The notes beneath the pieces were generated by a model. It was not told where the DNA came from. It worked only from the letters and a program-made list of their open reading frames with translations, and ran no database searches. This document shows, one piece after another, positions 19,846 to 29,438 of a DNA stretch of 64,000 nucleotides. A program made the translations under genes and the position numbers. This DNA is from an uncultured Bacteroidota bacterium (GTDB lineage Bacteria > Bacteroidota > Bacteroidia > UKL13-3): NCBI GenBank assembly GCA_903834625.1, contig CAILJQ010000002.1, forward strand, positions 2,980-66,979, read 5' to 3'. Position 1 is the stretch's first letter. The number at the start of each line of letters is the position of its first letter.

Positions 19846-20709
19846 TTAATTTTCAATGAGCCCGGGTTGTTTTTCCCAAACCCCATTCTTCCACATCAAT
19901 ACATCAAAGCTCCCATCAGGGTAGTAATGCTCAAACAAGGCGGCATTAGAGGGTTTATCGGGCACAATATTTTCATACATCAGTATTTTCCTTTTTTCAT
20001 CATAACGCAAGGCCATGGTGGCTTGGTTATTAAATTGGAATACCATGCGGTAAAAAACTTGTTTGCGTTTTAGGTCGAATATTCTTGCACCAAAAACGGG
20101 CTGACCTTCACGGAAAGTAATTACATCGGCCACTTTTCTGTTGATGAGCGAATCTGCACCATCCCAGCCCAATACGGTGTAATAATCTTTTTTATTATAA
20201 GTATTCTTGAGCACTTTATAATAGGTTGCGCCAAACCAATGGGAGGCATCTGTTTCTCTGAACAAATAATTATCTATGCTGTCGCTGCGATCAATGAGCG
20301 GATAGAAATTCTGAAACAATTCTTCTTTTTTATTCAGTTTAGCCAATTTTTCAGGATTCATTTGAATGACACCAAAATACCTAAATTTTTCGTCGTTGGT
20401 GGCTACGTTCCAAGTGAATATTCTAAACAAATCGTCGGGTGCATGAACAATCATAAGATTTTTCAATGAGTCGAAAGGGTAATAATAAGACCCCTCTATG
20501 CGCAAGGCTCTTCCCATTTGTCTGATAAAATTTCTTCCAGAAGTGATGCGCACTTCTTCATCAAAATTACGGACCATATTATAACTCAATCCGCTTAACC
20601 TTAACTCATAATCATGCAATGAATCCCACAGCAAACTATCAATTTTCTGCGCATTTACTTGTGTACCTAGTGCAAGTAGAATCAAAAGGAATTTGAAATA
20701 TTTCATCAT
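19846..20709 (-). CDS. Hypothetical exported protein
   Basis: Signal peptide MMKYFKFLLILLALGTQVNAQ; no motif recognised. Confidence 0.75.
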   Translation of the reverse strand: MMKYFKFLLILLALGTQVNAQKIDSLLWDSLHDYELRLSGLSYNMVRNFDEEVRITSGRNFIRQMGRALRIEGSYYYPFDSLKNLMIVHAPDDLFRIFTWNVATNDEKFRYFGVIQMNPEKLAKLNKKEELFQNFYPLIDRSDSIDNYLFRETDASHWFGATYYKVLKNTYNKKDYYTVLGWDGADSLINRKVADVITFREGQPVFGARIFDLKRKQVFYRMVFQFNNQATMALRYDEKRKILMYENIVPDKPSNAALFEHYYPDGSFDVLMWKNGVWEKQPGLIEN

Positions 20710-20740
20710 TTGGCAAACGATTTTGTAGAGGAAAAGGTAT

Positions 20741-20793
20741 AAAAAAGCCGCAAAATCTAGGAAAACCAATTAGGCTTAAAGACTTTGCGGCTT
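20741..20793 (-). terminator. Probable terminator after the thiolase gene
   Basis: Minus strand AAGCCGCAAAGTCT...AGATTTTGCGGCTTTTTT. Confidence 0.65.
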
Positions 20794-20801
20794 AAAGATA
20801 A

Positions 20802-21983
20802 TTATTTTACAGCTTCAATCACAATAGCAGAAGCGCCACCACCGCCATTACAAATACCAGTAACACCATAGCGTTTACCTTCTTGTTGCAACTGATGGGC
20901 AAGCGTAACCAAAATTCTTGAACCAGAGCTACCCAATGGGTGACCAAGGGCAACGGCTCCTCCACGAGGATTTACTTTCTTGGCATCAAGACCCATGATT
21001 TGAGTATTAACCAAACCAACCACAGAAAATGCCTCGTTTAATTCAAAACTATCAACATCTTTGATATCCACTCCAGCCATTTTAAGTGCTTTAGGGACAG
21101 CCAAAGATGGCGCGGTGGTAAACCATTCAGGTGCATGTGCCGCATCTCCAAATCCAATAATTTGAGCCATTGGTTTCAAACCAAGTTCTTTCACCTTTTC
21201 CTCACTCATTAAGACCAATGCACTTGCTCCATCGTTCAATTTAGAAGCATTGGCAGCAGTTACTGTACCTTCTTTTTCAAAAGCCGGACGAAGGGTTTTC
21301 ATTTTATCAAAATTCACTTTGAGGTATTCTTCATCTACACTTACCACTATTGGATCTTTACCTCTCACAGGAATTTCAACTGAAACCAATTCATTCGCAA
21401 AGGCATTGTTTGCATAGGCTGCTTGGGCTCTGGTATAACTTTCAACCGCAAAAGCATCTTGGTCTTCACGACTAATTTTATATTCTCTTGCACACAATTC
21501 AGCGGCTGAACCCATGTGGTAATCATTGTATACATCCCACAAACCATCTTTCACCATACCATCTAAAACGGTACCATGACCGAGGCGGTAACCATTACGT
21601 GCCTTATCTAAATAATAAGGAATATTACTCATGCTTTCCATTCCTCCTGCAACCACTATATCGTTTATTCCTAACATAATGCTTTGGGCAGCCATCATTA
21701 CAGCTTTAGAGCCAGATGCGCACACTTTGTTTACGATAGTTGCTGGAACTGTATTTGGAATTCCTGCGTAAATCATGGCTTGGGTAGCTGGTGCCTGACC
21801 CATACCTGCAGAAATAACATTTCCCATAAAAACTTCTTCAACCATTTCTGGCGAAATTCCGGCTTTGGCCAAAGCACCTTTGATAGCTACAGCGCCTAGT
21901 TGAGGAGCAGTAACCGCAGCAAGGCTGCCATTAAAAGCACCGATTGGAGTACGTGTTGCAGACACGATATAAACCTTTTTCAT
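20802..21983 (-). CDS. Acetyl-CoA C-acetyltransferase (thiolase); start reassigned to 21983
   Basis: NKVCASG, NEAF, GHPLGSSG and CNGGG motifs; TACATTTG promoter element at 22009-22016 (minus strand). Confidence 0.95.
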   Translation of the reverse strand: MKKVYIVSATRTPIGAFNGSLAAVTAPQLGAVAIKGALAKAGISPEMVEEVFMGNVISAGMGQAPATQAMIYAGIPNTVPATIVNKVCASGSKAVMMAAQSIMLGINDIVVAGGMESMSNIPYYLDKARNGYRLGHGTVLDGMVKDGLWDVYNDYHMGSAAELCAREYKISREDQDAFAVESYTRAQAAYANNAFANELVSVEIPVRGKDPIVVSVDEEYLKVNFDKMKTLRPAFEKEGTVTAANASKLNDGASALVLMSEEKVKELGLKPMAQIIGFGDAAHAPEWFTTAPSLAVPKALKMAGVDIKDVDSFELNEAFSVVGLVNTQIMGLDAKKVNPRGGAVALGHPLGSSGSRILVTLAHQLQQEGKRYGVTGICNGGGGASAIVIEAVK

Positions 21984-22047
21984 ACGAATTATATTAATTT
22001 TGGTGAGGCAAATGTAGGATTCACAAGTCAACGAACAAATCAATTTC

Positions 22048-22767
22048 ATGAGAAGAGCATACCTTTATGGTGATTTACTATTCGAAACAATTCTGGCATC
22101 TGGAGGTAAAATACCCCATATACTCCGTCATTACAAGCGTTTAGCACATGGCGCACAGGCACTGAAATTTGATTTATGTGGGTTAAATGAGGAAAAGTTC
22201 GTTGAAGTTTTGGAACATGAATTGGGTGAATTTCTACTTAAAAACCCACATTCAAAGGCTCAAAGAATGCGCTTTGTGTTATACAGAACTGCTGAAGGGC
22301 TTTATTTACCGCAAAACCACGAAACCCAATTTGAGGTGGAAATAGCTAATTTTGAAATATCCAATGAATACAAGGCCATAAAAGGAGCGGTGTACCTTGA
22401 GCAACAAAAGGCACCAGGACCCCTTTCTAATTTGAAAACGGGAAATGCACTTATTTATGTGATGGCAAAAATTTGGGCTCAAGAGAATGAACTAGAAGAT
22501 GCCTTAATTACCAATACCTCAGAAGAAATTATTGAGGCAAGTTCCAGCAATATCTTTTGGCATAAAAATAATCATTGGTTCACACCACCTTTAAATGCAG
22601 GCTGTATAGCCGGAATTGGCAGGGAATTATTTATGGAGCAAGTAGAGGTTCAAGAAAAAAAATGTATGTATACAGACCTTTTACTGGCAGACAAAATCAT
22701 ATTAACGAATGCTCTGGTGCCACAAAGACCTTTTCTTTTGGCCGAGAAACAATTCATAAAAGAATGA
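22048..22767 (+). CDS. Aminotransferase class IV / PabC-like protein
   Basis: GDLLFETI, HYKRL, LKT (PLP lysine), EASSSNIF and GIGR. Confidence 0.8.
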   Translation: MRRAYLYGDLLFETILASGGKIPHILRHYKRLAHGAQALKFDLCGLNEEKFVEVLEHELGEFLLKNPHSKAQRMRFVLYRTAEGLYLPQNHETQFEVEIANFEISNEYKAIKGAVYLEQQKAPGPLSNLKTGNALIYVMAKIWAQENELEDALITNTSEEIIEASSSNIFWHKNNHWFTPPLNAGCIAGIGRELFMEQVEVQEKKCMYTDLLLADKIILTNALVPQRPFLLAEKQFIKE

Positions 22768-22825
22768 AAAGACAAATCTCAGTCGTAAATCTCAACCTTC
22801 AATCAAATTCTTATCTTCGCAACCT

Positions 22826-24985
22826 ATGAAGAAAATCTTATTAACTTTCATTTTTACAAGTATTGTATTGGTTTTTAGTAGTCACAAAGCAGACGAGGGA
22901 ATGTTTCCTATGTCTGAGGTGAAAAACATTGACCTCAAAAAAGCGGGTTTAAGAATGGAGCCCATTGACTTATACAACCCAAATGGAGTAAGTTTGGTAG
23001 ATGCCATTGTACGTGTTGGTGGTTGTACAGGGTCTTTTGTTTCTTCCGATGGCTTAATGGTAACAAATCATCATTGTGCTTTTGGTTTTGTGGCTGCCAT
23101 GAGTACGGTTCAAAACAACTATATTAAAAATGGCTTTTTGGCCAAGGATAAAGCCGGAGAAGCTCAAGCAAAAGGCCTTGTATGTAAGATTACTGCCAGC
23201 TATGCAGATGTATCGGATCAGGTATTAATGGGAACCCAAAGCACCAATGATCCAGTTCAACGCTTACAAATCATTGCCACAAATATTAAACGCATAACAG
23301 AAGAAGAAAACAAAAAGAACCCTGGCCTTCAATGTGAGGTGTCTGAAATGTTTACTGGCAAGACTTATGTGTTGTTCCGTTATCAATTACTCAAAGATGT
23401 GCGTATAGTTTATGTTCCTGCGCGTAGTATTGGCGAATATGGAGGGGAGAAAGACAATTGGGTATGGCCTCGTCACAGTGGCGATTTTGCCTTTTTACGC
23501 GCATATGTAGCTCCTGATGGTTCTGCAGCAGAATATAGCCCCAACAATGTTCCTTTTAAGCCTAAAAAATTCTTGAAAATTAACAGCAAAGGAATCAATG
23601 AAAACGACTTTGTATTTATTTTAGGATATCCTGGTAGGACCTTCAGAAATCAGCCAGCTTCATTTTATAAATACCATGAAAACTATATGCTTAAGTATGT
23701 AAGTGATTTGTTTGATTGGCAAATTAACAAAATGGAAGAGATGGGTAAAAACAGTGATAGCTTGCAAATTAAATATGCTGGTAAAATTAAATCTTTGGCC
23801 AATACTACTAAGAACTATAAAGGCAAACTACAAGGCTTTAGAAGGGTTGGTTTGACCCAAAAGAAATTTGAGGAAGAAAAACGCATGCAGGCTTTTTTGG
23901 AATCAGACCCTAACCTAAATAAACAATATGGTAAAGTATTACCAGAGATTAATAAACTTTACGACGATATCATCAATAATGCACCTAGGAATTTATTTTT
24001 TGACTATGTATACAATGTAGCTCCGACCCTACAAATGGCTGCAGCTATTGACAATTATGCCTTAGCTTACAGAGAAGCTGGAGGAAAAACAGAAAAGCAA
24101 AATTTCTTAAGTATTCAGGTTCCTAAATTAAAAGTGTTATTCCAAAAATTATATGGCCAAATGGATCCTGAATTTGAAATTGCTGGCTTGTTAAAAATGT
24201 TTGAAGATGCACACCAAAATGATGGAAATAATAAGGTTTCGGCCATTGAGAATTTTTATAAAGAAAACCCTACCGCAGAAGCGCGTGAAAAAGCCATTCG
24301 TTTATGGTACAAAAAAACTAAGTTAAGTGACAAAGACTTTATGCTGAAATTATTGGCCGATAGCTCTGCTGCATTTACTAAATTAAAGTATGGAATGCTT
24401 CAGATTGGCCATGACATTAATTTAGAGATGAACTATTACGACCAAATAGATAGAAAAAGAGAAGGTCAACTCAACGCTTTATTGGGAAGGTACGCCGATG
24501 CTAAAAGCGCATACCAACAAAAGCAATTTATACCAGATGCTAACGGAACTTTGCGATTCACCTATGGATTTATAAGAGGTTATTACCCTAATGATGGAGA
24601 ATACAACAAACCATTTACCACGCTAACAGGTGTAATAGAAAAAGAAGATAAGGTTGATTATGAGTTATTAGATGCAATTAAAGAATTATATGCCGCTAAG
24701 GATTACGGTGCATTTTTACATCCTGGCTTAAATGATTTACCGGTTAACTTCTTATACAATTTAGATACAACGGGCGGAAATAGTGGAAGTCCGGTAATGG
24801 ATGCAGATGGTAGCTTAGTGGGTGTTAATTTTGATAGGGCATATACAGCCACTATCAATGATTATGCATGGAATGAAGCCTATAGTAGAAGTGTTGCAGT
24901 TGACATTAGGTATGTACTTTGGACAGTGCAAAAAGTTGCCAAAGCAGACCATTTATTACAAGAAATGAATATTTCCACTCCATAG
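22826..24985 (+). CDS. S46 family dipeptidyl-peptidase (DPP11-like)
   Basis: ADEGMF, GGCTGSFVS, TNHHC, DNWVWPRH, TTGGNSGSP and NFDR. Confidence 0.93.
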   Translation: MKKILLTFIFTSIVLVFSSHKADEGMFPMSEVKNIDLKKAGLRMEPIDLYNPNGVSLVDAIVRVGGCTGSFVSSDGLMVTNHHCAFGFVAAMSTVQNNYIKNGFLAKDKAGEAQAKGLVCKITASYADVSDQVLMGTQSTNDPVQRLQIIATNIKRITEEENKKNPGLQCEVSEMFTGKTYVLFRYQLLKDVRIVYVPARSIGEYGGEKDNWVWPRHSGDFAFLRAYVAPDGSAAEYSPNNVPFKPKKFLKINSKGINENDFVFILGYPGRTFRNQPASFYKYHENYMLKYVSDLFDWQINKMEEMGKNSDSLQIKYAGKIKSLANTTKNYKGKLQGFRRVGLTQKKFEEEKRMQAFLESDPNLNKQYGKVLPEINKLYDDIINNAPRNLFFDYVYNVAPTLQMAAAIDNYALAYREAGGKTEKQNFLSIQVPKLKVLFQKLYGQMDPEFEIAGLLKMFEDAHQNDGNNKVSAIENFYKENPTAEAREKAIRLWYKKTKLSDKDFMLKLLADSSAAFTKLKYGMLQIGHDINLEMNYYDQIDRKREGQLNALLGRYADAKSAYQQKQFIPDANGTLRFTYGFIRGYYPNDGEYNKPFTTLTGVIEKEDKVDYELLDAIKELYAAKDYGAFLHPGLNDLPVNFLYNLDTTGGNSGSPVMDADGSLVGVNFDRAYTATINDYAWNEAYSRSVAVDIRYVLWTVQKVAKADHLLQEMNISTP

Positions 24986-24995
24986 GCTTTTTTGA

Positions 24996-25907
24996 ATGAG
25001 AGTAGTTTTTTTAGGAACACCAGATTTTGCTGTTGCGTCGTTACATGCAATATTAGATGCGGGTTTTGAAGTTGTAGGTGTAATAACCGCGCCAGATAAA
25101 CCCGCAGGAAGAGGCATGCAATTGCAATTTTCACCAGTGAAAAAATATGCAATAGACCATGGCCTGAAAGTTTTACAGCCTGAAAAGTTAAGAGACCCTC
25201 TGTTTTTGCAAGAGCTTAAAAATTTGCAAGCCGACCTTCAAGTAGTGATTGCCTTTAGAATGCTACCAGAGGTTGTTTGGAATATGCCTCCATTAGGTAC
25301 AATTAATTTGCATGCTTCTTTATTACCAGATTATAGAGGCGCCGCGCCTATTAATTGGGCAATTATTCAGGGTGAAAAAGAAAGTGGTGTTTCAACCTTT
25401 TTCCTAAAGCATGAAATAGACAGTGGGGATTTGTTATTAAAAGAATCGTGCGAAATTGGCGATGATACCACAGCGGGTGAATTACATGACACCCTAATGC
25501 ATCTGGGTGCACAGGTAATTGTAAAATCACTCAAGTTAATTGAGTCGGGTCAAAGCAAGGGTATACCCCAACAAGAAGGTTCCGGAAAGATTGCTCCTAA
25601 AATTTTTAAAGAACACTGCCTCATCAATTGGGAGCAGGAGGGTAAAAATATCATTAATTTGATTAGGGGAATGAACCCCTACCCTGCTGCTTGGTTTATG
25701 TTAGATGGCAAAATAGTGAAAGTATTTGCTGCGGTATTTGAAAGAGAAAATCACGAACTTCCAACAGGGCAAATAGTAAGTGATGGAAAAACTTATTTGA
25801 AGGTGACTTGTGCAAATGGTTTTATACATTTAAACCAGCTTCAAATGGAATCTAAAAAACGTATGGAGGTTCAAGAATTTTTAAGAGGGTATAAGTTGCC
25901 TGCATGA
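24996..25907 (+). CDS. fmt: Methionyl-tRNA formyltransferase
   Basis: FLGTPDFA, PDKPAGRG and NLHASLLPDYRGAAPI. Confidence 0.97.
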   Translation: MRVVFLGTPDFAVASLHAILDAGFEVVGVITAPDKPAGRGMQLQFSPVKKYAIDHGLKVLQPEKLRDPLFLQELKNLQADLQVVIAFRMLPEVVWNMPPLGTINLHASLLPDYRGAAPINWAIIQGEKESGVSTFFLKHEIDSGDLLLKESCEIGDDTTAGELHDTLMHLGAQVIVKSLKLIESGQSKGIPQQEGSGKIAPKIFKEHCLINWEQEGKNIINLIRGMNPYPAAWFMLDGKIVKVFAAVFERENHELPTGQIVSDGKTYLKVTCANGFIHLNQLQMESKKRMEVQEFLRGYKLPA

Positions 25908-26452
25908 GAGCCATTTTAATTGCAATCGTATTCCTTATGCCTTTAATGGCAATGAGTCAACGACTTGAAACACCCTTTTTTTACAAAAAGGAAATCAAGT
26001 TTCAAGGACTAGGTTTGGCTTACGGTTCATTTAATATGCATTATGAGAAATACAGCAGCAAAGGCAATTCCATAAATGTAAATGCTTATGTATTTGATTT
26101 CTTATACGCCAAAGAATTAAAAGGTTTTGGCATTGCGGCAGGGTATAGAGATTATTTTACCCCACAATTGGCCTCTAGTTATTTTCTTGAGCCTTTTATT
26201 AAATATCAATACATGGTTGAGAAAGGATGGAACAACAGCTATGTTTTTAACACCAATTCTATTGGCATTGTGTTAGGAAGAAAATTGGTAATAATGGATA
26301 GGCTAACCCTAGAGTTTTACCTTGGGCCAAGCGTAAATTTTGGTTTCTTTAAAGAGGGCTATAAAAACAGCCAACTAATGCAAGAGTGGATTGGCCCCAT
26401 CAATGGAATTTTTATACGTTCTGGGTTAAATATTGGTTATAGATTTAACTAG
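25904..26452 (+). CDS. Small outer-membrane beta-barrel protein (DUF3575-like)
   Basis: Signal peptide, amphipathic strands, C-terminal GLNIGYRFN. Confidence 0.7.
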   Translation: MRAILIAIVFLMPLMAMSQRLETPFFYKKEIKFQGLGLAYGSFNMHYEKYSSKGNSINVNAYVFDFLYAKELKGFGIAAGYRDYFTPQLASSYFLEPFIKYQYMVEKGWNNSYVFNTNSIGIVLGRKLVIMDRLTLEFYLGPSVNFGFFKEGYKNSQLMQEWIGPINGIFIRSGLNIGYRFN

Positions 26453-26453
26453 C

Positions 26454-27092
26454 ATGAAACAAGTAAAATCGACCCTACTTTTAATTATGTATTTGAGCCA
26501 ATTTAATAGCCTATTTGCTCAAGTAAAAAAGTTGGAAATAAGTCAAGTCAAAAACCACATGGTTAAAGTCAACATATTAAGTCCGTTTGTTGCCACCCTT
26601 AATGCGAGTCATGAATACACCTTTCACCCAAGATGGGGAGTAGAAAATGGACTGAGCATGACGCAACTTGTATTAGACAACAATGAAAAAAGATATACCG
26701 CTGTAAAAGGTTTTACCTATAGCCTCGATTTTAGAAATTATGAACTCAAAAAAGGCAAATTAAACGGCTGGTTCGATTCCTATTTTTTAAGATACAGTCA
26801 ATATGAATATAGACGTGTAAAGCAAGATTCGAGCACTGGCAACATTCTTATACCTATTAAGGAAAACATGGCTGGAGTTAGCATAGGATTTATTAAAGGT
26901 TACCGCAGAATTTATCAAAACAAATACCTTTTAGAGTGCTTTTTTGGGGCCTATCTTAGCAAGCCAATTAGGTATTCAAACAATGTGAGCGATGATTTGA
27001 TGAAACAATATGATGTAACCTCATTTAAGGAAAATCCGCTTACCAATGGATTTGGCATTAGGGCTGGAATAAAAGCTGGTTACTTGTTTTAG
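26454..27092 (+). CDS. Small outer-membrane beta-barrel protein (DUF3575-like)
   Basis: Signal peptide, KVNILSP motif, C-terminal GIKAGYLF. Confidence 0.7.
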   Translation: MKQVKSTLLLIMYLSQFNSLFAQVKKLEISQVKNHMVKVNILSPFVATLNASHEYTFHPRWGVENGLSMTQLVLDNNEKRYTAVKGFTYSLDFRNYELKKGKLNGWFDSYFLRYSQYEYRRVKQDSSTGNILIPIKENMAGVSIGFIKGYRRIYQNKYLLECFFGAYLSKPIRYSNNVSDDLMKQYDVTSFKENPLTNGFGIRAGIKAGYLF

Positions 27093-28487
27093 TTAAAAGC
27101 CAACAGCCATTTTCATTTGGGTGTATACTTTGTATCCTTTGCTCTTTTCTCCGCTTACAACAGGAGACAATACAGACTCCATTAGACTATTTAATTTCAT
27201 TGGTATAAGTGATTCTCTTAAGGAAGTAAAATCTATTGCCTCCTTGTTAGAAACAAAAGTATATCCAATAGATTCTCCGGGCTCGTAGGTAATTACACAT
27301 TGTTCTTTGTAGTTCCTGCCTTTACCAACAATATAATAGGTCTTCTTCTCTGCCATTAACTCATCAAAAAATGTTTGGGCTTTGGCATTATATGCAGCAG
27401 GGTTGGTCTGAACCAAGCAGTACCCATCGCATATATTATGTTGCACTTGAATGCAGTCTGCTTTGTTGGTTTGGGAATTACATAATTTGGGACAAAGTCC
27501 GTATTGCTCTATGAGGCCATTTAGGTAATCTAAAGCTGCGGCATGTGTACTAAAAGTAACCAAAGGCTTTTGATCTTTTCTTACCTTATCAATTCCAAAA
27601 CGTATTTTGTTGTTTTGATCCAAATAATCAAACAAACCATACACCTGTTGAACCCTCTTTTGCGCGCGGTTTTCATCTGGCCAAAGTCGACGTATTTCAT
27701 GGCTTTCAAGTAAAATGGCTAATAATTCATTACCAGTTGGCGTATGACTAAATCCAAACACCTCACGCATGAAATTTTGTTTTTGCTTGCCTTTTAAATC
27801 TCCGCTAAAGTGAGTACCTACCCTACTTCTAATATTCTTTGCTTTCCCAACATAAACAGCCAAGCCTTTATCATTTACAAAATAATAAACACCTGGAGAT
27901 TTAGGCAATTTTTCAAAATCAGATTTATTTACATTAGGTGGCAATACTTGTTCTTTAGAGCCACGCTTCAATGAATCGTCGATATGATTTTCCAAGTCGT
28001 TTTTGAGCAGGTATTCAAAAAGTTTCACAGTAGCCAAGGCATCACCACCTGCGCGATGTCTATTTTCTAAATGAATCCCAAGTGCTGCACAAATATTTCC
28101 CAAGCTGTAAGAACGGTGACCAGGAACTATTTTCCTGCTTAACCTAACGGTACAGAGTTTTTTAACGTTTAAATCATAGCCACTTTCGAGCAATTGATTT
28201 TTGATAAAGCTATGATCGAAGTTTACATTGTGTGCAATGAAAATATTGTCTTTTAACAACTCAAATAACTGCTCTGCAATGGAGGCAAATTTGGGCGCAT
28301 TGGCAACCATTTCATTGCTAATACCAGTAAACGCCTGAATGTAAGGTGGTATAAGCATTTCTGGATGAACAAGTGTTTCGAAGTGGTTTACCACTTTTTC
28401 TCCATCATGGATAAAAACAGAAATTTCAGTAATTCTGTTCTGGGTGGCGTGGCCTCCCGTGGTTTCTATATCTACAATGGCATACAC
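27093..28487 (-). CDS. DEDDh exonuclease (Pol III epsilon-like) fused to a GIY-YIG domain
   Basis: DIETTG, AHNVNFD, HRAGGDA and PGVYYF...YVGKAKNIR.RV; GTG start. Confidence 0.9.
   Translation of the reverse strand: MYAIVDIETTGGHATQNRITEISVFIHDGEKVVNHFETLVHPEMLIPPYIQAFTGISNEMVANAPKFASIAEQLFELLKDNIFIAHNVNFDHSFIKNQLLESGYDLNVKKLCTVRLSRKIVPGHRSYSLGNICAALGIHLENRHRAGGDALATVKLFEYLLKNDLENHIDDSLKRGSKEQVLPPNVNKSDFEKLPKSPGVYYFVNDKGLAVYVGKAKNIRSRVGTHFSGDLKGKQKQNFMREVFGFSHTPTGNELLAILLESHEIRRLWPDENRAQKRVQQVYGLFDYLDQNNKIRFGIDKVRKDQKPLVTFSTHAAALDYLNGLIEQYGLCPKLCNSQTNKADCIQVQHNICDGYCLVQTNPAAYNAKAQTFFDELMAEKKTYYIVGKGRNYKEQCVITYEPGESIGYTFVSNKEAIDFTSLRESLIPMKLNSLMESVLSPVVSGEKSKGYKVYTQMKMAVGF
27405..27414. repeat. 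Dispersed near-palindrome copy 7 (ttGGTCTGAACCaa)
   Basis: Exact motif inside the exonuclease CDS (encodes LVQT). Confidence 0.8.
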
Positions 28488-28522
28488 ACTACAAAAATAA
28501 AAAGGTAGCGTAAGAAGCCTTC

Positions 28523-28565
28523 TCCAATTTATTCACCATTTGCTGAATTGGTAAATTAAATTGGA
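28523..28565 (-). terminator. AT-rich imperfect hairpin directly after the ygiD stop
   Basis: TCCAATTTA...TAAATTGGA outer arms with inner ACCA/TGGT pairing; no clear U-tail. Confidence 0.4.
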
Positions 28566-29438
28566 CTATTGTTTACCTAACATAACGCTGGTCATGGAAA
28601 CAGACCCTAAATCTATGCTTTCATTGAAAAAGGAGAGCGATTCGTTGGGTTGCTTCAGCGCAAGAATGTATAAGAGAGGCAAGAAATGTTCGTTGGTAGG
28701 AATAGATAAAAGAGCGGCCTGACCCAATTTTGGGTAATCAACTAAGGATTTAAAATTCCCATCATTCATGAGCTTTTTACTCAACTGGTCAAATTCAATT
28801 GCCCAATCAAATGGCTTACCTCCCCAATTTAAACGACCTAAGTTGTGCACAATATTACCGCTCCCAATTATTAATACTCCTTTACTTCTGAGCGATTGTA
28901 ATTGAGAAGCCAAAGCAAAATGCTGTGCTGGGCTGAGGTTATAATCTAGGCTTAATTGAAAGGTAGGAATATTTGCTTGTGGAAACATGGGCTTTAAAAC
29001 ACTCCAACAACCGTGGTCGAGGCCCCACTCCATATCTTTAGTTACATGCACAGCCTTAAGCGCATCAATAGCTTTTTGGGCAAATATTGGTGAGCCAGGT
29101 GCTGGGTATTGCGCATCAAATAATTCTTGCGGAAAGCCACCAAAATCGTGAATTGTCTTAGGCTTTTCCATGTAAGTAACAGAGGTACCTCTTGTTTGCC
29201 AGTGGGCAGAAACACAAAGAATGGCTTTGGGGGCGGGTAGATTACTTCCAATGCTGCGCCATTTTTTGGTATAAAAATTTTCGGTGATGGCATTCATAGG
29301 ATTACCATGGCCCACAAACATAGCTGGCATAATTTCGGTGGTTTGGGCATCACCTATGATTTCACTTTCGAAGTCTTTTAGGTTCATATTAAAAAAGGGC
29401 AATAACAAGCCGGCCTTTAAAAACGACTTTCTATTCAT
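28566..29438 (-). CDS. ygiD: DODA-type extradiol ring-cleavage dioxygenase (YgiD)
   Basis: GHGNPMNA, SAHW, TIHDFGGF, GLDHG, GSGNIVHN and EHFLPL. Confidence 0.92.
   Translation of the reverse strand: MNRKSFLKAGLLLPFFNMNLKDFESEIIGDAQTTEIMPAMFVGHGNPMNAITENFYTKKWRSIGSNLPAPKAILCVSAHWQTRGTSVTYMEKPKTIHDFGGFPQELFDAQYPAPGSPIFAQKAIDALKAVHVTKDMEWGLDHGCWSVLKPMFPQANIPTFQLSLDYNLSPAQHFALASQLQSLRSKGVLIIGSGNIVHNLGRLNWGGKPFDWAIEFDQLSKKLMNDGNFKSLVDYPKLGQAALLSIPTNEHFLPLLYILALKQPNESLSFFNESIDLGSVSMTSVMLGKQ

Noticed and set aside
21984..22049. A second shared-CATG divergent start (thiolase and PabC-like gene)
   Set aside because: Thiolase homology and its TACATTTG promoter place the true start at 21983, leaving a normal spacer
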